Positions 53,258 through 64,000 of a DNA stretch of 64,000 bases are shown piece after piece (within the stretch, counting starts at the first letter, position 1; each line of letters starts with the position of its first letter). The notes under the pieces are model-generated. The model ran no database searches, was not told the origin of the DNA, and saw only the letters and a list, made by a program, of their open reading frames with translations. The DNA lies in contig NC_043002.1 of NCBI RefSeq assembly GCF_006345805.1, positions 109,864,001 to 109,928,000 of the forward strand, written 5' to 3'. This DNA is from Octopus sinensis (Eukaryota). The translations under genes were made by a program, and so were the position numbers.

Positions 53258-53300
53258 TATATAAGTATGTGGGCATCTTTGTGCTTATCTTTGTTGCAGT

Positions 53301-53606
53301 GAAGGCGCGTGGCTTAATAGTTAGGGCATTCGGCCCACGATCGTAAGGTCATGAGTTCAATACTCGGCGGCGCATTGTGTCCTTGAACTTTATTTCATTT
53401 GCTGTAATCCACTCAACTGACAAAAATGAGTTGTACCTGTAATATGAGTGGGTGCCAGTCTTGTCACATTCTGTGTCACACTGAATCTCCTTGAATCTCC
53501 TATGTTAAAGGTGGGCGCGTCTGTGGAGTACACAACCAGTTGCGCGTTAATTCCACGAGTAAGCTGTTCCGTTGATCGAAACACTCGTCGTCGTAACCGA
53601 CGGAGT
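53301..53606 (+). mobile_element. SINE with different tRNA/CORE-like head and family A 3' half
   Basis: GAAGGCGCGTGGCTT...GTGTCCTTG head joined to TGTACCTGTA...CGTCGTAACCGACGGAGT. Confidence 0.7.
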
Positions 53607-53900
53607 AGCAGTCAGTTATTTTAGTTTCCAAACACTTGAAACCAATGTTGATAACTTAAGGGTTCGGCCAAAAGAATCGCCAGATTATGTACACCAAGTT
53701 TTAAGAGAATGCCTGGGACGATTTAAGACAGTGTACCTTCATAGCCGTAATCAAATAACGTATAACAACAGTAAAAACTGCTTGTAGCTGAGATACCAAC
53801 TTTCAACATTAATAACTCTCCAACCCATGCCAGCATGGAACATAGGCGTTAAGTGAAATGTTAAAAGAAAGTTTTCAATTCATATACACACACACCACCA

Positions 53901-53938
<38 letters not shown>

Positions 53939-53974
53939 CCACACAAACACCACACACACACACAACACACAACA

Positions 53975-54059
<85 letters not shown>

Positions 54060-54129
54060 TAAACACACGTATTAAAAAAAACACGTTTTATGTAGCTTAT
54101 TTCGTAACCAAAAAACAGTTACATATTAT

Positions 54130-54712
54130 AAACAATGAAAGGACGATTTTGGTGATTCATTTGACAGAGGTAGTAGAGAGCCAATCCGATGATAAATCTG
54201 ACCTTGGATCTTGAAAGTTTGCATGAATCCTGGCTCATTCAAATCTCTTGTGTCTCCAAATGATGTCATCTGTAGTGCAGCGTTGCATTGTCTAATTTTG
54301 TATTGGAATACTTGGAATCTTGGTCAGTTGATGACAAGTTTCTTCAATTGCTCTGTTTAGCCTTTCCACCACTGCAGCACAGTGTAGCTGTCTTTCCAGG
54401 CCACTTTCTTGCTTTGCAAGGTATGCACTCAGTTGCCATTGCTCCAATGGAAACTCTACTGTCATCTGCATAATGAACTGCTGGATCATAATTGAAAGCT
54501 GCTTCATATAAGTTGCTTCTCTGAGCTGTTGCAACTGTTCTTCGTTCTGCAGAGGATATCTTATTCCTTGTCAGCCGTACATACATCTGTTCATCAGTTT
54601 GAGATGGTCTGGCTTTTGTAGTGCACAGTCTGCTTGTTTCTTCGTATGCTTCCCTTTCTGCAGCTGTCTCTCTTTCCCTGGATAGAGACATTCTTTTAGC
54701 TGACCTTGACAT
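54130..54712 (-). pseudogene. Helitron RepHel N-terminal fragment (frameshifted)
   Basis: Translation gives AFNYDP...IGAMATECIPCKARKWPG...CCSGGK, then KIRQCNAALQMTSFG...TFKIQGQIYHRIGSLLP, motifs typical of the Helitron helicase N-terminal region. Confidence 0.85.
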
Positions 54713-55302
54713 TGTAGACAAATTGACAAATTTGACATTTTCCATCTAGGTATACATATACAGAAAAACACGGATGCAGAAGATGGTGAACAATAAAAAT
54801 AACTGAGTAACGGAAATTATATTTCTTAATACGACGGGCAGAAAATAAATAAGAAATTTTTACGGAAATAAAGAAATTTGGCAATAAACCAATGAGCCAG
54901 TATCGAAGGAACAAGGAAAAAGCCGTTAACAACAGAAAAACACAAAACCGTTGCAAAAGTAAATAAAAAGTTATTAAGGAATTAAACTAAGTGTACGGAT
55001 TTAAGTAAAATTTTTGAAGTTACTTATGTCAGTAAATTATAAACTTATTTTTATTAGTAATTCCAAAAAAAACACACACACAAAACGTTGCAAAAGTAAA
55101 TAAGAAATTTATAGGCAAATTTAACGAAGTGTACGGATTGAAGTGAAATATATGAAGTTACTGCTGTCAATAAATTACCTATGAAATTACTTTCATCAGT
55201 AACTGTGAACTTTTTTCTGTTAGTAATATGTCTTTGTTGATTGTAAATAGCGGCGTACTTTCACTTGCTTATATATATATATATATTATATATATATATG
55301 TA

Positions 55303-55337
<35 letters not shown>

Positions 55338-55354
55338 CATACATACATACAAAT

Positions 55355-55388
<34 letters not shown>

Positions 55389-55436
55389 ACACACACACAC
55401 ACATATATATATATAAAGTGTGGTTTGAAAGAATAC

Positions 55437-55580
55437 AGCAGGCTTCTCCGCACCCGCTGCCGGAGCCTCAATGGAGCTTTAGGTGTTTTCGCTCAATAAA
55501 CAACCCACAACGTCTGGGAATCGAAACTGCGATCCTACGACCGCGAGTCCACTGCTATATCCACCGGGCTATTGCGCATC
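55437..55580 (-). mobile_element. SINE family A, 5' half, diverged
   Basis: Head region only. Confidence 0.7.
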
Positions 55581-55637
55581 CATATGTATATGTATATATA
55601 TAATTATATAATATATATATATATATATAAACACATA

Positions 55638-55673
<36 letters not shown>

Positions 55674-55716
55674 TGTATGTATGTATGTATGTATGTATGT
55701 ATGTATGTATGTATGT

Positions 55717-56790
55717 ATACGTGCACACATACACACACGGGGTGGGGGTGCGGTTGAAAGCGAAAAACAGATGCATAAGTCGTAAGTTTGAATTTAGAAT
55801 CACAGTAAAAGTTCTCAACTTATTGTGTTGCTGAGTTTAGCATTGTTACCACTCGGTGTTTGACCTTTTTATCATAAATCTGATTGATCCCAGCTGACCA
55901 AGGGTTAAACAGCAAGAACAACAACATGATGCTCACTGTTTTTCGTACACCAATTCTCCACAACGTCACCACCTCCCCCCCTTCCCCACCCATATTACTG
56001 TTATGCACCACAAAGGAGAGAGTTCATCAATGTTGTTGAGACACAGATTGGCCCAGACACTTCATCATCATCATCATCATCATCATCAGTCCCTGGGCAT
56101 TACTGCCTCGAGTCCTTAGACTCGTACTCGCAGGCTGTCTCTTTTACAGACGAATGGACTGGTGCAATATAAACTGAAAGATATTGCTTAAGAAGACAAT
56201 ACATCGCCCGGTCCAAGAATCGAAACCGCGATTTTGTGATCGAGAGTGCAACTTCTCAACCACTAGGCCACACCTCTGATCCTGCACATGGTTATATTAA
56301 ATGTTCCAGCCATGACCATCCCATCAGTCTATCATTCTATTATAAAACGTATCCTTCCTTCGCTTGTTTTCTGCATTTTCGTCAGCACAACTAAGACAAC
56401 ACCTTTGGTTGCCATTTCTAGCACGTTAATCTTCCACCTAGACAAACCCGCGTACTTATTCTTTTTCTAATTGTATTAAGTTGGTCCAAAGCAATGCCCC
56501 CCCCTCCCTTCCATGCAAGTAGCTATCTTCGGGTATAAAGATTTAATATCATTTCGAAATCATGGTACACTAAGGCGCAGGAGTGGCTGTGTGGTAAGTA
56601 GCTTGTTTACCAACCACATGGTTCCGGGTTCAGTCCCACTGCGTGGCACCTTGGGCAGGTGTCTTCTACTATAGCCTCGGGCCGACCAATGCCTTGTGAG
56701 TGGATTTGGTAGACGGAAACTGAAAGAAGCCCGTCGTATATATGTATATATATATATATATATAATATATATATATAATATAAACACATA

Positions 56791-56826
<36 letters not shown>

Positions 56827-57895
56827 TGTATGTATGTATGTATGTATGTATGTATGTATGTATGTGTATGTATCGTGCACCCATACACACACGGGGGTGG
56901 GTTGCGTTGAAAGCGAAAAACAGATGCATAAGTCGTAAGTTTGAATTTAGAATCACAGTAAAAGTTCTCAACTTATTGTGTTGCTGAGTTTGCATTGTTA
57001 CCACTCGGTGTTTGACTTTTTATCATAAATCTGATTGATCCCAGCTGACCAAGGTTAAACAGCAAGAACAACCACATGATGCTCATGTTTTTTCTACACC
57101 AATTTCTCACATAACGTCACCACCTCCCCCCCTTCCCCACCCATATTACTGTTATGCACCACAAAGGAGAGAGTTCATCAATGTTGTTGAGACAAAGATT
57201 GGCCCAGACACTTCATCATCATCATCATCATCATCATCAGTCCCTGGGCATTACTGCCTCGAGTCCTTAGACTCGTACTCGCAGGCTGTCTCTTTTACAG
57301 ACGAATGGACTGGTGCAATATAAACTGAAAGATATTGCTTAGAAGACAATAACATCGCCCGGTCCAAGAATCGAAACCGCGATTTTGTGATCGAGAGGCA
57401 ACTTCTCAACCACTAGGCCACACCTCTGATCCTGCACATGGTTAATTTAAATGTTCCAGCCATGACCATCCCATCAGTCTATCATTCTATTATAAAACGT
57501 ATCCTTCCTTCGCTTGTTTTCTGCATTTCGTCAGCACAACTAAGACACACCTTTGGTTGCCTTTCTAGCACGTTATCTTCCACCTAGACAAACCCGCGTA
57601 CTTATTCTTTTTCTAATTGTATTAAGTTGGTCCAAAGCAATGCCCCCCCTCCCTTCCATGCAAGTAGCTATCTTCGGTATAAAGATTTAATAATATTCGA
57701 AATCATGGTACACTAAGGAAGGCAGGAGTGGCTGTGTGGTAAGTAGCTTGGTTACCAACCACATGGTTCCGGGTTCAGTCCCACTGCGTGGCACCTTGGG
57801 CAGGGTGTTCTTCTACTATAGCCTCGGGCCGACCAATGCCTTGTGAGTGGATTTGGTAGACGGAAACTGAAAGAAGCCCGTCGTATATATGTATA
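55717..57895. repeat. tandem duplication, period about 1153 bp
   Basis: CGAAAAACAGATGC at 55761 and 56914; copies differ mainly by single-base indels. Confidence 0.9.
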
Positions 57896-58132
57896 TATAT
57901 ATATATGCGTGTGTGTGTTTGTATGAGTGTGTTTGTCCCCTAGCATTGCTTGACAACCGATGCTGGTGTGTTTATGTCCCCGTCACTTAGCGGTTCGGCA
58001 AAAGAGACCGATAGAATAAGTACTGGGCTTACAAAAAAGAATGAGTCCCGGGGTCGAGTTGCTCGACTAAAAGGCGGTGCTCCAGCATGGCCGCAGTCAA
58101 ATGACTGAAACAAGTAAAAGAGTAAAAGAGTA
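57719..58132 (+). mobile_element. SINE family C (head duplicated at 56573-56740)
   Basis: Full-length match. Confidence 0.85.
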
Positions 58133-58589
58133 ATCATTTCCCCCTTTCTGCACTGGTTGTAAAGTACATCTGCGCGCGCACTATTTCCCTTTGCTGCATA
58201 GATGCGCGCGCACAATCGCACGGCTTGGAGGGGCAATTGGTCTTAAATCCGTTTTGTTTTCAAGCATTTCGTAATGACATGTACCTACAACAACAACAAA
58301 TTAGGTCACACTACAATGAAGAACATTATATGGCCCCTTAACCAGCGAGAAATAGCAGTCGTATTCCCCTCAAATGATAACTACCATTCAGAGAGTGACG
58401 GATGGAAGGACGTTGATCTAAGTGTGTACAATTAGGGCTGACCTAGGGCTAAACAAAAATCGCGAGTATTACTTTAATAACCACCGTACATTAACCAATA
58501 CTACTAGTATCATCTCTACCATCGCTACTGTCACGTTTCTACACCCTCACACTATCACCACAACACGCCTCCACCACCACTAACGCAGT

Positions 58590-59540
58590 ATATCACATCA
58601 CCACCACCACCACCACAACCACCACCACCACTACCACCACCACACCACCACCACAAACAACAAAAACAACAGCATTACAACAGGAACCGAACCAGTGCTA
58701 ACATGTGAAACATCAATCCTACTACCACCACCGCCACCACCACCACCACCACACCCACCGCCACCACCACCACCACCACCGCCACCACCACCACCACCAC
58801 CACAAACAACAAAAACAACAGCATTACAACAGGAACCGAACAGTGCTAACATGTGAAACATCAATCCTACTACCACACCGCCACCACCACCACCACCACC
58901 ACCACCACCACCACCACCACACATCACCACACACCCCACACCACCACCACCACCATCACCATCACCATCATCACCACCACCACCACCACCACCACCACCC
59001 CACCACCACCACCATCACCACACCACCACCACCACCACCACACCATCCCACACCACCACCACCACACCAACCACCACCATCACCATCCCATCACCACCAC
59101 CCCACCACCACCACCACCACCATCACCACACCATCACACCCACACCAACCACCACCACCACCACCACCACCATCACCATCACCATCACCATCATCACCAC
59201 ACCCCACCACCACCACCACACACACCACCACCTCAACCACCACCACCACCACCACCACAGCAACAACAAACAACGACAACCATTATCATTGTTTCATCGC
59301 TACCACCACAACCACCGACGCCATCTGCAACACTAACATTGTTATCACAACCACTTCACGGCATGACCACCATTAATGCACACCATCACCGTTAACAATA
59401 TTACCACAACCACAACTATCAATCCAACACCATCACAAACTACCACCACCACCACCACCACCGCCATCACTAAACGGCTACTACACCATCACCACTACAA
59501 ACGCCGTCACCTCTACCATCCTGACACCACCACCAGCACA
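58590..59540. repeat. (CAC)n cryptic trinucleotide region with an internal duplication of about 80 bp
   Basis: CACAAACAACAAAAACAACAGCATTACAACAGGAACCGAA occurs at about 58651 and 58801. Confidence 0.9.
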
Positions 59541-60110
59541 ACATATCACTTAAAAAGTAGAGCAGGTGTTACTAAAATTAGATAATGTGTTTATGAAGTC
59601 ACAGAGATCGGTATCAGCTTGGTATTTCTGATGCTCCACCCGTATATATACCCCTGTTCCACCCCCACCCCCTTGCTACACCTACCACCAGAACATGTCT
59701 TACTCGATCTCTCACCCTTACCTTCCGTAACCCACTGTTCCACCCGAGCACGTGAAGTAGGGCGAACAGTGAATGAAAACTCTTTCTTTCTGTATATCGA
59801 ATGTGTGTGTGCATGTGGGGCGTGGCATATGTATATATATATATATGCGTGTATATATATATACGTGTGTGTATGTGTACACACACACTCACCCACACAC
59901 ACACAACATTATATATATATTACCGAATATATATATTTACATATATACATATATATATGTATGTATATATATATATATATATATGTATATAATATATATA
60001 TATGTGTGTGTGTGTGTGTGGGTGTGTGTATCTATCTGCCTTATATCTATCTATATATCCATAGATATATATATATACATACATATATATAACATACACA
60101 TATACATTAT

Positions 60111-60148
<38 letters not shown>

Positions 60149-60157
60149 TATACGTGT

Positions 60158-60536
60158 CACTACGTCGGTTACGACGTCAAGGACTCCAGTTGATCTGATC
60201 AACGGAACAGCCTGCTCCTGAAATTAACGTGCAAGTGGCTGAGCACTCCACGGACACGTGTACCGTTAACGTAGTTCTCGGGGGAAATTCAGCATGACAC
60301 AGAGTGCGACAAGGCTGGCCCTTCGAAATACAGGTACAACAGAAACAGGAAGAAAAAGTGAGAGAAAGTTGTGGTGAAAGAATACAGCAGGGTTCGCCAC
60401 CCTTGCTGCTGGAGCCTCGTGCAGCTTTAGGTGTTTTCACTCAATAAACACTCACAACGCCTGGTCTGGGAATCGAAACCGCGATCCTACGACCGCGAAT
60501 CCGCTGCCCTAACCACTGGGCCATTGCGCCTCCACA
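60158..60536 (-). mobile_element. SINE family A, diverged
   Basis: Full-length match with substitutions. Confidence 0.85.
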
Positions 60537-60600
60537 GATATATATACATATATCCATACACATAATACATAATGTTAACAAGCAACGAGTTAACATAATA

Positions 60601-61044
60601 CTCTCTTTACTCTTTTACTTGTTTCAGTCATTTGACTGCGGCCATGCTGGAGCACCGCCTTTAGTCGAGCAAATCGACCCTGGGACTTATTCTTTGTAAG
60701 CCCAGTACTTATTCTATCGGTCTCTTTTGCCGAACCGCTAAGTGACGGGGACGTAAACACACCAGCATCGGCTGTCAAGCAATGCTAGGGGGACAAACAC
60801 AGACACACAAAAACACACACACCACACATATATATATATATATAATATATATATTATATATTATATATATATATATATACATATATACGACAGGCTTCTT
60901 TCAGTTTCCGTCTACCAATCCACTCACAAGCATTGGTCGGCCCGGGCTATAGCAGAAGACACTTGCCCGAGATGCCACGCAGTGGGACTGAACCCGGAAC
61001 CATGTGGCTGGTTAGCAAGCTACTTACCACACAGCCACTCCTGC
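60601..61044 (-). mobile_element. SINE family C
   Basis: Full-length match. Confidence 0.85.
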
Positions 61045-61417
61045 TGGAGATAAAAGACAAAGGATTATCTCAGCCGGATTAATGAGAAATCTATTGTTAC
61101 TACAAGCGGTTGCTGTAAGTTAAGATTCCTACCTGTGGTTATTTGGGGATCTTTGGTTATGTAACTCATTAGCGCAGCACAAGTCTTGAGAAACCAGTAG
61201 TCACGAAAGCAGAAAAGACACGGCTAATTAAGACTATACAATTGCAAGCCATTAATGGAACTGCGAGAAGATAGGAAACATTCCGGCTTTCAGATACGTT
61301 AGAATTATGTTTTACACACGTGTAGGTCTACAAAGATGTATATGGGATACTATACCTGTACATCTATACATGTGATGATATGTATGACTGCTTGTGGACA
61401 TTACGTTTATAATAAAA

Positions 61418-62318
61418 CTAGCAGCATAGCCCGGTGTTGCCCGGGTATGTAAGAAATTTTGTCGATAAGCAATGCCCTTTACCTTTTTACCCTTTTTTGT
61501 ACTCATTGAACCGTTATTTTGTAAAATGAAGCCTAAAAGGCATTAAGGCATGAAGAAAATCTATGACAGTCAAAGTGCATTTTCTGGTTTTGTTTAGCAC
61601 ACTCAACCCAGTTCTGCGGGATCAGTGTTGCGACGGGAACGCATGGGTTGGGAGTTTGACAGGCAGAGGTGATAAGGTTGCACATGCCGGCCCTTTTGAT
61701 ACCGCCCCCTCGAACCCAAGTTGAGTTCGGACCACAGCTAAGCCCTACCTAATCTTAACTTAAGTCTAGCGAAAGGGGGCTCGGGAGCCTCAAGTAGGCA
61801 ACGATTAATCCCGATCTAGTCCTTCCCCTCTAGGGAACGAAGGCGCCTTCGCTGTGAATTTCAAAAAAATTCCTGTTAATTTGTTAAAGATATTGTCGGA
61901 AATATGTCATCTTGAATTTGAAAGCGATTTCCCAAAATGGTATGATTTTATCGATTTTTTTCTGATGGTAAAGTATTGCATGGAAAACTAACGTCAGAAT
62001 TAAGTTCCTTAGGGTAACATTAAGCTTCATCATGAATTTGGTGAAATTCGATTGCAAGTTGCGAAAACTACAACGGAAAATGTGTTGCATATGATAAGCT
62101 TAGATTCTCGACCCCATGTCGAATTTATCGATTTTTTCAGAACTGGGGAGACTTTTCAAAATTTTCGCTGCGTTAGTTTTGAATTATGACTTGGGCTATG
62201 GTGTGTCAAGTTTCATCAGAATCGGTTGAAAGCCGTGGTCAGGGTGAGGTTGCAATCTGACAGACACACAGACAGACAGACACACAGACAGACAAACTGC
62301 CTTTTATATATAGAGAGA
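61418..62318 (-). mobile_element. 900-bp non-autonomous Helitron with extra internal segment
   Basis: 5' A|TCTCTCTATATATAAAAGGCAG and about 210 bp shared with the 13268 copy; 3' CCCGGGCAACACCGGGCTATGCTGCTAG|T. Confidence 0.8.
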
Positions 62319-62360
62319 TATAATATGATCTAACATAATATCTATCTATCTATCTATCTA

Positions 62361-62441
<81 letters not shown>

Positions 62442-62472
62442 CACAAATACTTATATACATTCATACATATAC

Positions 62473-62534
<62 letters not shown>

Positions 62535-62906
62535 AACAAATTCAAAATGCGATAAAATAAAATTAATTATTATCGCTGGTGTTTCTAGCACAGGCCATAT
62601 ATTATTCATATATAAGTACATTAAAGGCGAAGTATGTACTAGAAACACAGAAGCTTGATAAATTTAGTGAAATGAAAATAAAAACATTTACTAACTCTGT
62701 TCTTCTTAGACTGCAGTTTCGCCTTTTCCAGCAATAAAAATAATATTTATTTACTCAGGTAGGCTCTTCAGTAAGATTCCTGTCATTATGAAACGCAACT
62801 CGAGAGACACATGTGCGTCTACTAAATTGCTCTTTCTAACTAATCAGATCACTGCGCAGACGCAGAACGAACCCGACAAACTAGGGACTTCTGGTATATA
62901 GTCTGG

Positions 62907-62941
<35 letters not shown>

Positions 62942-63033
62942 TATATTATATAGATAATATATATATATATATATATATATGTGTGGTGTGTGTGTGTGTG
63001 TGTGGTGTTATAAAAACACATATGTATATATAT

Positions 63034-63216
63034 AGGCACAGGAGTGGCTGTGTGGTCAGCAGCTTACTTACCAACCACATGGTTCAGTCTCACTGCGTGG
63101 TACCTTGGACAAGTGTCTTGTACTATAGCCTCGGGTCAACCAAAGCCTTGTGGGTGGATTTGGTAGACGAAAACTGAAAGAAGCCCGTCGTATATATATA
63201 TATATACATGTGTGTG

Positions 63217-63253
<37 letters not shown>

Positions 63254-63450
63254 TGTGTGTGTATGTTTGTGTATCTGTGTTTGTCCCCCCACCATCGCTT
63301 GACAATCGATGCTGGTGTGTCTACGTCCCCGTAACTTAGCGGTTCGGCGTAAGAGACCGATAGAATAAGTACTAGTCCTGGGGTCAATTTGTTCAACTAA
63401 AGGCAGGGCTTAGCATGACCGCAGTCAATGACTGAAACAAGTAAAAGAGT
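63034..63450 (+). mobile_element. SINE family C
   Basis: Full-length match, diverged. Confidence 0.8.
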
Positions 63451-64000
63451 TAAAGAATAAATATATATATATATATATACTAGCATTAAAGACCCGTCGT
63501 TGCCGGGTCATAGTGCTAGTGCATGTATATATGTGCATGTATACATATGTGTACATATTACATGTACATCTATATATATACATCTACACATAAAATACAA
63601 AATACAAAGTTATATCTTGATATCGCTAGTGATAACAATACTCAAAATATATAACAGACTGGAATTGTTAGCCCGTCTCTTGTAATTTCGATCAATTGTA
63701 TCTTGTCCTCCCTCTTGTATAGAAGTGTGGCTACAATCCAGCCTATCTCTACTTCGGGGGGGGGGGGCATTTAAAATTTTTCCACTTTGCAGGTTCGAGT
63801 CGAGTACTCCCTTGCACGCTCCGTTGACTCGAACCTTGCTTCTATTGTGGCGAATTTACCGCCTCTGATTAGATACCTTTCATAGTCGCACCAAGACACT
63901 TTTCGAAGTGCTTTCCTCCGTGTGTTCAAATCTTTTTTCTCTACATTGTATACTTTATAGACAATAGTCTTTTTTTAATTTAACTTTTTATTATCCATCT

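Overview
AT-rich, microsatellite-saturated, non-coding eukaryotic DNA. The tRNA-derived SINE families and repeat style point to an octopus (coleoid cephalopod) genome; this is inference. I find no convincing host protein-coding exon: almost all ORFs in the supplied track are translations of simple repeats, SINEs or decayed transposons. Supported content: (1) one structurally intact U2 snRNA gene (43234-43421, minus strand) inside a 3.3-kb block bounded by non-autonomous Helitrons, which looks like a single Helitron read-through capture inserted into a (TA)n tract; (2) at least four distinct families of minimal type I hammerhead ribozymes with palindromic stem III (9 near-canonical motifs plus degenerate ones), arranged as inverted and/or tandem Penelope-like or retrozyme-like repeats, one behind a tRNA-like Pol III head; (3) decayed autonomous elements: Tc1 transposase, Helitron RepHel N-terminus, several R4/Dong-like RT/RLE fragments next to (TAA)n, an L1/Tx1-like 3' end and a Penelope-like RT fragment; (4) many tRNA-derived SINEs of at least three families with swapped modules; (5) MITEs, an interstitial (TTAGGG)n tract and a 1.15-kb tandem duplication. 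Coordinates of decayed elements are approximate and were read by eye.
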